Source: Clostridia bacterium
Lineage (GTDB): Bacteria > Bacillota > Clostridia > JAAYHZ01
Assembly: GCA_050950825.1 (NCBI GenBank)
Contig: JBMNIH010000004.1
Coordinates: 664,479-728,478, forward strand
Length of the DNA: 64,000 nt
Direction: 5' to 3'
The notes under the pieces are model-generated. The model made no database searches and was not told the origin of the DNA. It saw only the letters and a list, made by a program, of their open reading frames with translations. Below, one piece after another: positions 8,907 to 18,957 of this stretch. Both the position numbers and the translations under genes were made by a program. How positions within the stretch are numbered: position 1 is the stretch's first letter; every line of letters starts with the position of its first letter.

Positions 8907-11129
8907 ATGAGCGTGAAGAAAAAGAACCGTGGCAAAAAACCGAAAACCGCAAAAAAGGCGAAATTAAAAGTAAATATAAATAACATCAATGTAATGAAAA
9001 AAAGAGCCCTATGGATTTTGGGATTTTTTTCATTTTTAGTTATTTTATTGGGAGGACGATTGTTTTGGTTGCAGGTGGTAAAGGGGGACGGATTAAGACA
9101 AGCGGCTTATGAGCAGCAAAATGCTCATCGCTTTATCAGTCCTGCAAGGGGGGCCATCTACGACCGAAACGGAAAGGAGCTTGCCGTGTCGGTTTCCGTC
9201 GAAACCATCACGGCGAGTCCCATAACCGTACAATCGAATTCCGTGTCTTTGGAATTCATTGCTTCCGAGGTAGCCGAGATATTGGATCTGGACGAGGAAG
9301 ATCTTCTTTCGAAATTGCAACAAGAACTTCAATATGTTATTATAGCTAAGAAAGTGGATATTGAAAAAGGCGACGAATTGCGAGCGTGGCTGAAAAAGTA
9401 CAATATCTCCGGTATCTATATTAACGAAGATACGAAGCGGTACTATCCGTTAAAGAATTTATCGAGCCAAGTGATCGGTTTTACCGGTGCGGATAACCAA
9501 GGCTTAGAGGGAATCGAAGCGATAATGGATCGCTATTTGAAAGGGATACCGGGGAAAATTTTATCGGAAATTGATGCCAACGGTTTGGAGCTTCCTTTTT
9601 CCACGGAAACGAAAATCAATGCCCAAGACGGGTTTAACGTAGTTCTGACCATAGACGAAACCATTTCGTATATGGCAGATAAAGCTTTGGAAAAAGCTTT
9701 GATAGACAACAACTGCATCAACGGAGGTTCGGTCATAATCATGGATCCGAGAAACGGAGAAATCTTGGCCATGATTTCAAAGCCTGACTTTGATCCGAAT
9801 CAACCCTTTGCGGCTCCTCCCGGTGTAGACCCGAGCACCTGGAAGGGGACAACGGAAGCGGACACCGAGTTATTAAGAGCTACGGTATGGCGTAACAAAA
9901 CCATAATGGATACTTACGAACCCGGTTCTACTTTTAAATCCATCGTTACCGCAATGGGATTCGAAGAAAATGTGGTACACGACAATGATACGGTTGTATG
10001 CCAACCGGTTACGGTTCTCGGCAAAACCATGAACTGCTGGAGAACGCCTCACCACGGAACCGAAACCTTCCGAGAAGGCGTATACAACTCCTGTAACCCT
10101 GTGTTTGTAAACTTGGGGTTAAAACTTGGCGTTGAAAGATTCTACAATTATGTTTCCGCATTCGGGTTTCGCAAAAAAACCGGCATCAATTTACCCGGAG
10201 AACAGTTGGGACTGTTTCATCTGAACCCTACCATTTTGGATATGTCGGTTGCTTCTTTCGGTCAACGTTTTACCGTCACGCCTATTCAAATGATTACCGC
10301 TTTCAGTGCCATCGCAAACGGCGGAACACTTGTAAAACCGAAAATTATTAAGGAATTAACGGACCAAGACGGAAATATCGTTAAGCAATATGAAACGGAA
10401 GTCGTAAGAAAGGTTATTTCCGAAAAAACGGCTGCTCGGGTTCGCGATTTGCTGCGAGGAGTCGTATCCGAGGGAACCGGAAAAAATGCCAATGTGGCGG
10501 GATACTATGTTGCAGGAAAAACGGGAACATCCCAAACGACCGAAGAAGGACATTACATAGCTTCCTTCTTAGGCATGGCACCTGCAGACAATCCGGTCAT
10601 TTGCGTATTGGTAATTTTGGATAATCCGAAGGGACCCTATTATTACGGAGGTACCATTGCCGCTCCGGTGGCCGGAGAAATTATTGAAGACGTCTTGTCC
10701 TATTTGAAGGTCCAAAGAAGATTGGAAGGCGAACAGATTAAGAAAGACGTTGTTGTTCCGGATGTTCGTAACATGACCGTAGCGGAAGCGAAAAAAGCGT
10801 TGAAAGAATACGGATTGAAACCGTTGCTAGGCCAAGGCGCCGATGAAGAGAAGAAAGTCGTAAAGCAATCGCCCTTGCCGAACATAACGGTTCCGGAAGG
10901 GTCCTTGGTCATGCTGTACGAAGAAGGAAGAGAAACGGAGACGGTGACCGTTCCGAATTTCTTGAATCTCGATGAGAATGACGCTTTGGAAACGGCTCAA
11001 GGCTTAGGCTTGAACATTCGGAGCTCCGGAACGGGAAATGCCATTTACCAGAACATCGCTCCGGGAGAAAAAGTCGAAAAAGGATCCGTTATCGAAGTTG
11101 TGTTCCGTTATATGGATGCGGTGGAATAA
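8907..11129 (+). CDS. spoVD: Class B penicillin-binding protein (SpoVD/FtsI type) with two PASTA domains
   Basis: RGAIYDRNG, RYYP, GLEGIE, STFK, SCN and KTGT motifs, plus two C-terminal PASTA repeats (VPDV.., VPNF..). Confidence 0.85.
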   Translation: MSVKKKNRGKKPKTAKKAKLKVNINNINVMKKRALWILGFFSFLVILLGGRLFWLQVVKGDGLRQAAYEQQNAHRFISPARGAIYDRNGKELAVSVSVETITASPITVQSNSVSLEFIASEVAEILDLDEEDLLSKLQQELQYVIIAKKVDIEKGDELRAWLKKYNISGIYINEDTKRYYPLKNLSSQVIGFTGADNQGLEGIEAIMDRYLKGIPGKILSEIDANGLELPFSTETKINAQDGFNVVLTIDETISYMADKALEKALIDNNCINGGSVIIMDPRNGEILAMISKPDFDPNQPFAAPPGVDPSTWKGTTEADTELLRATVWRNKTIMDTYEPGSTFKSIVTAMGFEENVVHDNDTVVCQPVTVLGKTMNCWRTPHHGTETFREGVYNSCNPVFVNLGLKLGVERFYNYVSAFGFRKKTGINLPGEQLGLFHLNPTILDMSVASFGQRFTVTPIQMITAFSAIANGGTLVKPKIIKELTDQDGNIVKQYETEVVRKVISEKTAARVRDLLRGVVSEGTGKNANVAGYYVAGKTGTSQTTEEGHYIASFLGMAPADNPVICVLVILDNPKGPYYYGGTIAAPVAGEIIEDVLSYLKVQRRLEGEQIKKDVVVPDVRNMTVAEAKKALKEYGLKPLLGQGADEEKKVVKQSPLPNITVPEGSLVMLYEEGRETETVTVPNFLNLDENDALETAQGLGLNIRSSGTGNAIYQNIAPGEKVEKGSVIEVVFRYMDAVE

Positions 11130-11163
11130 AGGATTTTGCCTTTGGCAAAGGAGGATGGATAGG

Positions 11164-12618
11164 ATGCTTTTAAGAGAACTGTTGGAGGGTTTGGAATACG
11201 AAGTCATATCGGGTACCGATGATGCGGAGGTGACCGGAATTTGTGACGATTCCAGGTTCGCAGCGAAAGGAAATGTTTTTATCTGCATTGAAGGTACGGT
11301 TACCGACGGACACCTGTATGCCGCCGATGCCGTAGAAAAAGGCTGCAATTCTCTCATCATACAAAAAAAGCTTCCAAAGAACGTGCCCTCCTTTGTGAAT
11401 ATTATAAAAACAAAGGATACCCGAAAAGCATTGGCAAACGCAGCCTGCATATTCTACGGGAAGCCTTTTGAAAAATTTAAACTGGTTGGTGTTACGGGAA
11501 CCAAGGGAAAAACCACAACCGTTTATATGCTCCGATATATGTTCGAAGCCGCTCGCGTAAGATACGGAATCATAGGCACCATATCCAACATTGTCAACCA
11601 TATCGTTCGAAAAACCGGAAGGACCACTCCGGAATCCCTGCAATTACAGAAAACCTTCTATGAAATGACCACGGAAGACACCGAATACGTAGCCATGGAG
11701 GTTTCGTCCCAAGGATTGATGATGAACCGCGTGTACGGAACCCGGTTCGATATTGGTATTTTCACAAATATATCCCGGGCGCATATCGGTCCGAAGGAGC
11801 ATTCCGACTTTGAAGATTATTTGATGAACAAAATCAAGCTTTTTTCCATGTGCAATATAGGTTTGGTCAATATCGATGACCCTTGCGCAGAGAAGGTTAT
11901 TCAAGGTGCCAAGTGTAAAGTATATACCTTTGGAGTGGAAAAGAAAGCGGACTTTTACGGGGATAACATCGTAAAATATTACGACAAGGTGGAATTCGAT
12001 TTTCATACTCCGACCTATACGAAACGACTCCGAGTCAATATGCCCGGAAGATTCAATGTGTACAACGCTTTGGCGGCGGCGGCGACGGCATACTTATGGG
12101 GATTTGATCCTTCCTGTATTGCAAAAGGTCTGGAGGAAGTTACCGTTCCCGGAAGAACCGAAAAGCTGGATTTGCCGCTGGATTGCACGGTGATGATCGA
12201 TTATGCCCACAGCCCGGACAGCTTGCTGAAATTGTTAAGCGAATTGAAGGAATTGGTTCCGGGTCGGTTGATCAGTCTATTCGGCTGCGGGGGAGACCGT
12301 GACCGTGCCATGAGACCGATGATGGGTGAAATATCCGGCAAGTATGCCGACTTTACCATTATTACCTCCGACAATCCTCGTACCGAAAGGCCGGAGGATA
12401 TTATCGACGATATTGAAGAGGGCATCAAAAAAACAAACGGGAAATACATTAAGATCACCGACAGAACCGAGGCTATCGCTTATGCAATAAAAAATGCGCA
12501 GCCGAATGACTTGATTGTTTTGGCGGGAAAAGGGCATGAAGATTACGTGGAAGTCAACGGTAAAAAGTATCATTATGATGAGCGTGAAGTGGTAAGAAAC
12601 ATTCTGAATTTAACATAA
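11164..12618 (+). CDS. murE: UDP-MurNAc-L-Ala-D-Glu--meso-DAP ligase
   Basis: GVTGTKGKTT, TTPES, MEVSS, DYAH, DNPR (DAP-specific) and GKGHE motifs. Start moved to ATG 11164 after SD GGAGGA. Confidence 0.97.
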   Translation: MLLRELLEGLEYEVISGTDDAEVTGICDDSRFAAKGNVFICIEGTVTDGHLYAADAVEKGCNSLIIQKKLPKNVPSFVNIIKTKDTRKALANAACIFYGKPFEKFKLVGVTGTKGKTTTVYMLRYMFEAARVRYGIIGTISNIVNHIVRKTGRTTPESLQLQKTFYEMTTEDTEYVAMEVSSQGLMMNRVYGTRFDIGIFTNISRAHIGPKEHSDFEDYLMNKIKLFSMCNIGLVNIDDPCAEKVIQGAKCKVYTFGVEKKADFYGDNIVKYYDKVEFDFHTPTYTKRLRVNMPGRFNVYNALAAAATAYLWGFDPSCIAKGLEEVTVPGRTEKLDLPLDCTVMIDYAHSPDSLLKLLSELKELVPGRLISLFGCGGDRDRAMRPMMGEISGKYADFTIITSDNPRTERPEDIIDDIEEGIKKTNGKYIKITDRTEAIAYAIKNAQPNDLIVLAGKGHEDYVEVNGKKYHYDEREVVRNILNLT

Positions 12619-12702
12619 AAGAAAAGATAGAAAGAATATCGTATCGGTACAAATCAAAGGGTTAGACGGATAGGGCGGGGCTAACTTAGAAGGAGGATCG
12701 TT

Positions 12703-14100
12703 ATGTATAAGTTAACCGTAGAAGAAATAAATAAAGCCGTAAATGCCGGCGCGGTAGCCGGCGACAAGAATACCGTCATTATGGGCGTTGCTACCGACAG
12801 CAGAGATGTTTTGGAAGGCAATTTGTTTGTAGCCATTGAAGGGGAGCGTTATGATGGGCATGACTTTATTAAACAGGCGGTTGACCTCGGTGCGAAAGCG
12901 GTAATGGTATCGAAGGATGTTCATCCGGATCGGGATGTAGCCGTCATCAAGGTCAAGGACACCGTAAAAGCATTGGGAGATTTGGCTAAATACGTTCGAT
13001 CCCGGTTTCATAAGCCCGTAATTGCCGTGACCGGAAGCGTGGGGAAGACAAGCACCGTTAATATGATCGGTATGGCTTTGAGCACGGATCACAAGGTTCT
13101 CTTGCCCGAAAAAAACCACAACAACCACATCGGTTTACCGAAAACCCTTTTAAATTTGGACGATTCATACGATTACGCCGTATTGGAAATGGGAATGAAC
13201 GATTTCGGTGAGATTGCTTACTTGTCATCCATAGCAAAACCGGATATTGCCGTGATTACCCAAATCGGATTGTCCCACATCGGGAAATTGGGTTCCAAGC
13301 AAAACATATTGAAAGCGAAAATGGAAATCATACAGGGCATGGATAAAGAGAAAGGCATTTTGGTGATGAACGGAGATGACGGCTTGCTAAAGGGTGTAAA
13401 GGATTTCCTTTCTCTTCGATGCGTGTACTACGGAACGGAAGAAGGAAACGACTACACGGCTTACAATATTCAAAAATACAGAAACGGCGGCTCGGGGTAT
13501 AATATAAAATTGAATAACCGTGAATACGAAGTGCGCTTGAATGTTCCCGGCTATCATATGGTGTATAATTCATTGGCGGCTATAACGGTAGCCAATGAAT
13601 TGGAGGTCCCCGTAGCCTCCGCCGTCGAAGGAATCGGCCGCTTTATGCCGAAATCTCAGCGTACGGAAATTGTTCGAACGGCAACAGGGCTTATGATTAA
13701 CGACACCTACAACGCCAGTCCCGAATCCATGGAAGCGGCGTTGTCCGTATTAGGGGATTTGGCCGACGGACGGAGAAAAGTCGTTGTATTGGGAGACATG
13801 TTAGAGATGGGAAGCTATTCCGAAGATGCCCACAGGCAAGTAGGTGTCTCTTGCGTCGAGCACGGAGCCAATCTTTTAATTTTGATGGGTGAACAAGCTC
13901 GATTCATATCGGAAGGGGCTATCAAAGCGGGGATGAATGCAGGGAACATCTATTTGTGCGATAACCATGATCGGCTCCGGGATTTGTTAACCCTGCTCGT
14001 GAAGACCGATGATGCGGTTTTGGTTAAAGGTTCGAGAGGAATGAAAATGGAGGAAGGTGTTCGCACCATTTCCGACATGTGGGCAAAAGAGGTGTACTAA
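12703..14100 (+). CDS. murF: UDP-MurNAc-tripeptide--D-Ala-D-Ala ligase
   Basis: TGSVGKTS, NNHIGLP, EMGM, NDTYNASPES, LGDMLEMG and KGSRGMKME motifs. Confidence 0.97.
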   Translation: MYKLTVEEINKAVNAGAVAGDKNTVIMGVATDSRDVLEGNLFVAIEGERYDGHDFIKQAVDLGAKAVMVSKDVHPDRDVAVIKVKDTVKALGDLAKYVRSRFHKPVIAVTGSVGKTSTVNMIGMALSTDHKVLLPEKNHNNHIGLPKTLLNLDDSYDYAVLEMGMNDFGEIAYLSSIAKPDIAVITQIGLSHIGKLGSKQNILKAKMEIIQGMDKEKGILVMNGDDGLLKGVKDFLSLRCVYYGTEEGNDYTAYNIQKYRNGGSGYNIKLNNREYEVRLNVPGYHMVYNSLAAITVANELEVPVASAVEGIGRFMPKSQRTEIVRTATGLMINDTYNASPESMEAALSVLGDLADGRRKVVVLGDMLEMGSYSEDAHRQVGVSCVEHGANLLILMGEQARFISEGAIKAGMNAGNIYLCDNHDRLRDLLTLLVKTDDAVLVKGSRGMKMEEGVRTISDMWAKEVY

Positions 14101-14101
14101 A

Positions 14102-15085
14102 TTGAGCAAAGGATTCGAATTTTCTTATCATACCATTGTATTTATTTTATCATTCATTATTGCCGTTACATGGGGAATTATCGTTATACCCCTTTTAAGA
14201 AGATTAAAATTCGGTCAAACGGTAAGAGACGACGGCCCCTCAACCCACCTGAAAAAAACCGGTACTCCTACCATCGGAGGACTGATTTTTTATTTGCCGG
14301 TCTTATTCTTTTCCATATTATATGTTCGAAATTTTCCGGAGATTTTGGCATTGGTGATTGCCTTTTTTGCTTTCGGTATTATCGGGCTTACGGACGATCT
14401 TATCAAGGTTCTTAAGAAAAGCAAAGACGGATTGACACCCATGCAGAAAACCGTTCTGCAGTTTTTGGCGGCTGCAGGCTTTGTTCTTTATTCCGCCGTC
14501 GTTTTGGACTTAGGATCCGACATGATTCTTCCTTTCACCGGTATGACCGTTTCCATTCGTATTCCTCCGTGGATTTACTATCCTTTTTTGGTTCTGGTAC
14601 TGTACTTTATATCCAACTCCGTAAATTTGACCGACGGGGTTGACGGTCTTTGCGGAGGTATTTCCATATTCGTATTGTTGTTTTTCGCCCTTGTTGCAAA
14701 AAAGATTCCGAACTTTGAGTATGCCATCATATTTAATGCCGCATTAACCGGGGGATTGTTGGGATTCTTGGTGTACAACCTGCATCCGGCGAGAGTCTTT
14801 ATGGGTGATACCGGATCCTTAGCGTTAGGCGGTGTGATTGCGGCTTTGGCTATCCTGATGAAGATTCCTTGGGTTTTATTGATTGCGGGAATCATTTATA
14901 TCTTGGAATCTTTGTCGGTTATAATCCAGGTAGCCTATTTTAAAAGAACAGGTAAAAGAGTTTTCAAAATGTCACCCATTCATCATCATTTCGAATTGTC
15001 GGGATGGAAGGAAGTTAAGGTTGTTTATGTTTTTTGGGCAATTACCCTAATCGGGTGCATTTTGTCATTCCTGACCTTGTTTTAG
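14102..15085 (+). CDS. mraY: Phospho-MurNAc-pentapeptide transferase
   Basis: KKTGTPTIGG, DD, NLTDGVDGL, FMGDTGS and PIHHHFE motifs. TTG start after SD GAGGTG. Confidence 0.97.
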   Translation: MSKGFEFSYHTIVFILSFIIAVTWGIIVIPLLRRLKFGQTVRDDGPSTHLKKTGTPTIGGLIFYLPVLFFSILYVRNFPEILALVIAFFAFGIIGLTDDLIKVLKKSKDGLTPMQKTVLQFLAAAGFVLYSAVVLDLGSDMILPFTGMTVSIRIPPWIYYPFLVLVLYFISNSVNLTDGVDGLCGGISIFVLLFFALVAKKIPNFEYAIIFNAALTGGLLGFLVYNLHPARVFMGDTGSLALGGVIAALAILMKIPWVLLIAGIIYILESLSVIIQVAYFKRTGKRVFKMSPIHHHFELSGWKEVKVVYVFWAITLIGCILSFLTLF

Positions 15086-15170
15086 CATACTTTTTATCAA
15101 AGAAGCTTGTTTGCTTTTTTATTTTATGAAACCGCATCGGGCGTCGGAATAAAGGGGAGAATAAAGGCAG

Positions 15171-16298
15171 ATGAAAAACAATGTATTCCAAAAGATCTTT
15201 TCCGATTTTAAAAAGCCGATTGATTTTTGGCTTTTGTTTACGGTTGTCATTTTATTGGCTACCGGACTAATCACCATGTTCAGTGCCAGCATGCCATATG
15301 CCAATCGAGAGTATGGAGATTTAGCGTATATTCTTAAAAACCAATTGAAATTCGCTTTGTTGGGTCTTGTAGCCTTGTTTATAACGGCGAATATCGATTA
15401 CCATTTCTACCGAAAATTCACCATTCCGATCTTCGGTTTTGCGTTATTCTTGTTGATTTTGGTACTGGTTCCCGGATTTCACGGCAACGACCCTAAAATA
15501 AGGCGATGGTTGTACATAGGACCGATCAACTTTCAGCCCTCCGAAATTATGAAGATCGCACTCATTATGTTTTTCGCTCACCTTATGTCGAAATACGATT
15601 ACAACGTACCGAAGTTTTTTAAAGGGTTTCTTTTGTATTTTGTCATCTTCGGTATTGTAGCCGTATTATTGATTAAGGAACCTCACTTAAGCTGTACCAT
15701 TATTGTCTTTGCCATAACCGTCGTGATGCTGTTTTGTGCGGGAGCCAAAATCTTCCACTTTATCCTCACGGGGATCCCTGCATTGGCCGGCTTGGCTTAT
15801 GTCGCATTATTTACCGACTACATGAAAGACAGGTTGTTGTCATTTAAAGATCCCTTTATGTACAAAAGCGATATCGGTTGGCAAGTGGTCCAGTCTTTGT
15901 ATGCCATCGGTACCGGAGGATTATTCGGAAAAGGGTTAGGTAAAAGCATGCAGAAGTTTTTGTATTTGCCGGAGCCTCACAACGATTTCATATTTGCCAT
16001 TATTGCCGAAGAGTTGGGGTTTGTCGGATGCGTCGCCATTTTGCTTTTATTTCTTATGTTCATGTGGAGAGGGATTCGAATCGCATTGTATGCTCCCGAT
16101 CGATACGGCAGCCTGATCGCGGTGGGGATCACCTCGTTGATCGGCGTTCAATGCATCCTGAACATCGCCGTTGTGACGGCAAGCGTTCCGGCTACCGGAG
16201 TGGCGCTGCCTTTGTTTAGCTACGGCGGTACCGCCTTGGTTTTGTTCTTAGCGGAAATCGGTATATTGTTGAATATTTCAAAATATGCAAAAGAATAA
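15171..16298 (+). CDS. ftsW: SEDS family glycosyltransferase FtsW/SpoVE
   Basis: RRWL, FQPSEIMK, LPEPHNDFIFAIIAEELG and LPLFSYGGT motifs. dcw position. Confidence 0.9.
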   Translation: MKNNVFQKIFSDFKKPIDFWLLFTVVILLATGLITMFSASMPYANREYGDLAYILKNQLKFALLGLVALFITANIDYHFYRKFTIPIFGFALFLLILVLVPGFHGNDPKIRRWLYIGPINFQPSEIMKIALIMFFAHLMSKYDYNVPKFFKGFLLYFVIFGIVAVLLIKEPHLSCTIIVFAITVVMLFCAGAKIFHFILTGIPALAGLAYVALFTDYMKDRLLSFKDPFMYKSDIGWQVVQSLYAIGTGGLFGKGLGKSMQKFLYLPEPHNDFIFAIIAEELGFVGCVAILLLFLMFMWRGIRIALYAPDRYGSLIAVGITSLIGVQCILNIAVVTASVPATGVALPLFSYGGTALVLFLAEIGILLNISKYAKE

Positions 16299-16330
16299 AT
16301 GGGTAATTTTTTAGAACAGGGAGTGTGTAC

Positions 16331-17446
16331 ATGAGAATTTTAATGACAGGTGGGGGAACCGCCGGACATATTAATCCCGCTATCGCGATCGCCAATACAT
16401 TCAAGCAAAAAGACGACTCGAGCGAAATTCTTTTTGTCGGAACCGAAAACGGATTGGAAAAAAATCTGGTTCCTCGTGCCGGATACGATATCAAGTTTAT
16501 TCACGCAAAAGGCTTTCGAAGAAAGCTTTCTTTGGAGAATATAGCGGTTCTTTTACGTTTTATACAAGGATATTTGGAAGCTTCGAGGATCATAAAAGAG
16601 TTTAAGCCTGATGTTGCTATCGGTACCGGCGGATATGTAACCGGTGCCGTTTTGTACAGCGCCCATCGACACGGTGTCCCCGTAGTGATTCACGAATCCA
16701 ACGCCTTTGCCGGCGTAACGAATCGTTTTGTATCCGGGTTTACGAAATTGGCTTTTGTAAACTTTGAAAACACCGTTTCCGCCTTTCGGAAGGCGGAAAA
16801 AACGATTGTATCGGGAAATCCGTTAAAAAAAGAGCTTCTTCGTGCAAACCGAGAGGATGCTCGGAGAAAATTGAATTTAGGACCAAAAGACGTATTCATT
16901 GTAGCCGTAGGAGGAAGCCGAGGCAGCGAGACCATGAACCGGTGTATAGCGGATATGCTCCTTACTTATCCCGTAAAGGATCATTTTAAAATGATATTTG
17001 CAACCGGAGAAACGAACTTCGAAAAAGCAAACGAAATTATAAAGCAAAAACCGGAATTGGCGGATTCCGTAACGGTGGTTCCATATATATATGAAATGGA
17101 AACGTATTATGCGGCGGCGGATATTGTTATATGCCGAGCGGGAGCCATGACCTGCAGCGAAGTGTGTGCATTAGGAAAAGCGTCCATTATGATTCCTTCT
17201 CCTTATGTTACGGAAAATCATCAGGAAAAAAATGCACGAGAATTGGAAAAAAGCGGAGCCAATATTGTTATTACGGAAAAAGAGCTGACGCCTCAGGTTT
17301 TATATGAAAAAATTTCTTTTTTAATTAAAGAGCCCCAAAGAATCACCCAAATGGCGGATAATGCGAAAAGGTTAGGTAAAACCGATGCAGGGGATGTGAT
17401 TTACAAATCCGTTTATCAATACATATTCCATAAAAAAGTATTGTAA
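16331..17446 (+). CDS. murG: Lipid II synthase (GlcNAc transferase)
   Basis: GGGTAGHINP, GTGGYV, HESN, GGSRG and HQEKNA motifs. Confidence 0.98.
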   Translation: MRILMTGGGTAGHINPAIAIANTFKQKDDSSEILFVGTENGLEKNLVPRAGYDIKFIHAKGFRRKLSLENIAVLLRFIQGYLEASRIIKEFKPDVAIGTGGYVTGAVLYSAHRHGVPVVIHESNAFAGVTNRFVSGFTKLAFVNFENTVSAFRKAEKTIVSGNPLKKELLRANREDARRKLNLGPKDVFIVAVGGSRGSETMNRCIADMLLTYPVKDHFKMIFATGETNFEKANEIIKQKPELADSVTVVPYIYEMETYYAAADIVICRAGAMTCSEVCALGKASIMIPSPYVTENHQEKNARELEKSGANIVITEKELTPQVLYEKISFLIKEPQRITQMADNAKRLGKTDAGDVIYKSVYQYIFHKKVL

Positions 17447-17574
17447 AATGTCGTAGTACTGCAAAAATGAGACCGGAAAAACAGCCAAAGGAAAACATCG
17501 ATACGGGAAAAGGCGAATTGGGCAGAAAGTTGATGCAAAACGTCTGTTTTGTTAAATCCATGCAAAATTTTTGT

Positions 17575-17602
17575 TTGCACTATACAAAATCTGTGTTATA
17601 AT
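17575..17602 (+). promoter_or_regulatory. Sigma-A promoter of the DUF819-GNAT operon
   Basis: TTGCAC-16 bp-TATAAT with a TGTG extended -10. Confidence 0.7.
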
Positions 17603-17654
17603 TTATGCAAGATGTACAAGTCCCGTTGGATTTTTTTGGAGGTAAGCCAAAATC

Positions 17655-18947
17655 ATGATTGCAGCTACGGCAATACAGGCGATTTTCATTCTCCTGTTGC
17701 CTTTAGGCGTAGTTTATTTGTGTAAGCGTATAAAATGGTTTAGATTTTTGGGCCCGCTGTTGCTCTGCTATATTTTAGGGCTACTGATCGGAACCTTGCC
17801 TATAGGTATACAGAAGGATGTCGCAAGTTTAATATCGGAAATCTCGATTGTGCTTGCCATACCTTTGATTTTGTTTAATTGCGATTTTATCCGCTGGCTT
17901 TCCTCATCAAACAAAACGGTTTTATCTTTTTCTTTACTTGTGATCAGCGTGGCAGTTGTTTCCGTTATTTTGGGTTTAATATTTAATAAATGGTTTGATG
18001 AAGCATGGAATATTGCCGGTATGTTAACCGGATGCTATACCGGAGGTACTCCGAATCTTGTGGCAATCGGATTAGGGTTAAAGGTAGACAAAGACGTTAT
18101 GGCCATGGTCATTGCATCGGATACCGTTATAGGCGGACTTTATTATTTCATGCTTTTGGCTTTTGGAATAAGGTTGACGGGAAAATTCTTGAAGCCTTAC
18201 GACGGAAGCAATAAGAATCGATGGGCAAAAATGATCGTATACGAATACAGCGGATCGGCGGTGCAGGCGGAATCAAGAAGCAACGATGTGTTTACCAAAT
18301 CAATCTCAATCCAAGGAAAACTTGATAGCGTAAACGAAGCGGCTTTTTCAAACGAATTCGATCAAGCCCGGTCAGAAAATTCCTCTTATATACAGCAATT
18401 AATGAATAATAAGAAGACTGTGGTCGTAAACATAATTAGAGTATGTTTGTTGGCAATCATTTCCGCCGGAGCATCCATCGGATTAGCATACCTTATAACG
18501 GGCGAAATGTCGGTTGTTTTTATTATGTTGGGAGTAACAACCCTCGGTATTGCATTTTCTTTGTTGAAAAAAGTGAATTCCACTCCGCAAGCATATAAAA
18601 TAGGGGAGTATCTTATTTTTGTATTCAGTTTTGCCTTGGCATTGACCATTGACATAACCACAATCATTCGCATGCCGAGTATTTATTTCGTCTATACCGC
18701 TTTAATTATGTTCGGTTCGATCATTTTACATTTTGTTTTGGCAAAGGTTTTCAACATTGATCGGGACACGGCGATTATAACATCGACAGCCGGTATTTAC
18801 GGACCGGCATTTATCCCTCCCGTTGTATCCGCTTTAAAAAACGACGAAGTATTAATCACCGGATTGAGCAGCGGATTGGTAGGGTATGCTATTGGCAATT
18901 ATCTAGGATTTTTTATAGCGGCTTTTATTAAGCTGTTGGTAAGTTAG
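17655..18947 (+). CDS. DUF819 family multi-pass membrane protein (putative transporter)
   Basis: About 11-12 TMs. Motifs AGMLTGCYTGGTPNLVAI, STAGIYGP and GLVGYAIGNYLG are typical of DUF819/YjcL. Confidence 0.8.
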   Translation: MIAATAIQAIFILLLPLGVVYLCKRIKWFRFLGPLLLCYILGLLIGTLPIGIQKDVASLISEISIVLAIPLILFNCDFIRWLSSSNKTVLSFSLLVISVAVVSVILGLIFNKWFDEAWNIAGMLTGCYTGGTPNLVAIGLGLKVDKDVMAMVIASDTVIGGLYYFMLLAFGIRLTGKFLKPYDGSNKNRWAKMIVYEYSGSAVQAESRSNDVFTKSISIQGKLDSVNEAAFSNEFDQARSENSSYIQQLMNNKKTVVVNIIRVCLLAIISAGASIGLAYLITGEMSVVFIMLGVTTLGIAFSLLKKVNSTPQAYKIGEYLIFVFSFALALTIDITTIIRMPSIYFVYTALIMFGSIILHFVLAKVFNIDRDTAIITSTAGIYGPAFIPPVVSALKNDEVLITGLSSGLVGYAIGNYLGFFIAAFIKLLVS

Positions 18948-18957
18948 GAAAGATAAG

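Noticed and set aside
11038-11163. 42-aa N-terminal extension of MurE in the ORF track
   Set aside because: It overlaps the spoVD 3' end. The SD and homology support ATG 11164.
17506-17550. AAAGGCGAA..GAAA..GATGCAAAAC resembling a c-di-GMP-I riboswitch
   Set aside because: The arms flanking GAAA do not pair, the second stem is absent, and the sequence lies upstream of the predicted promoter.
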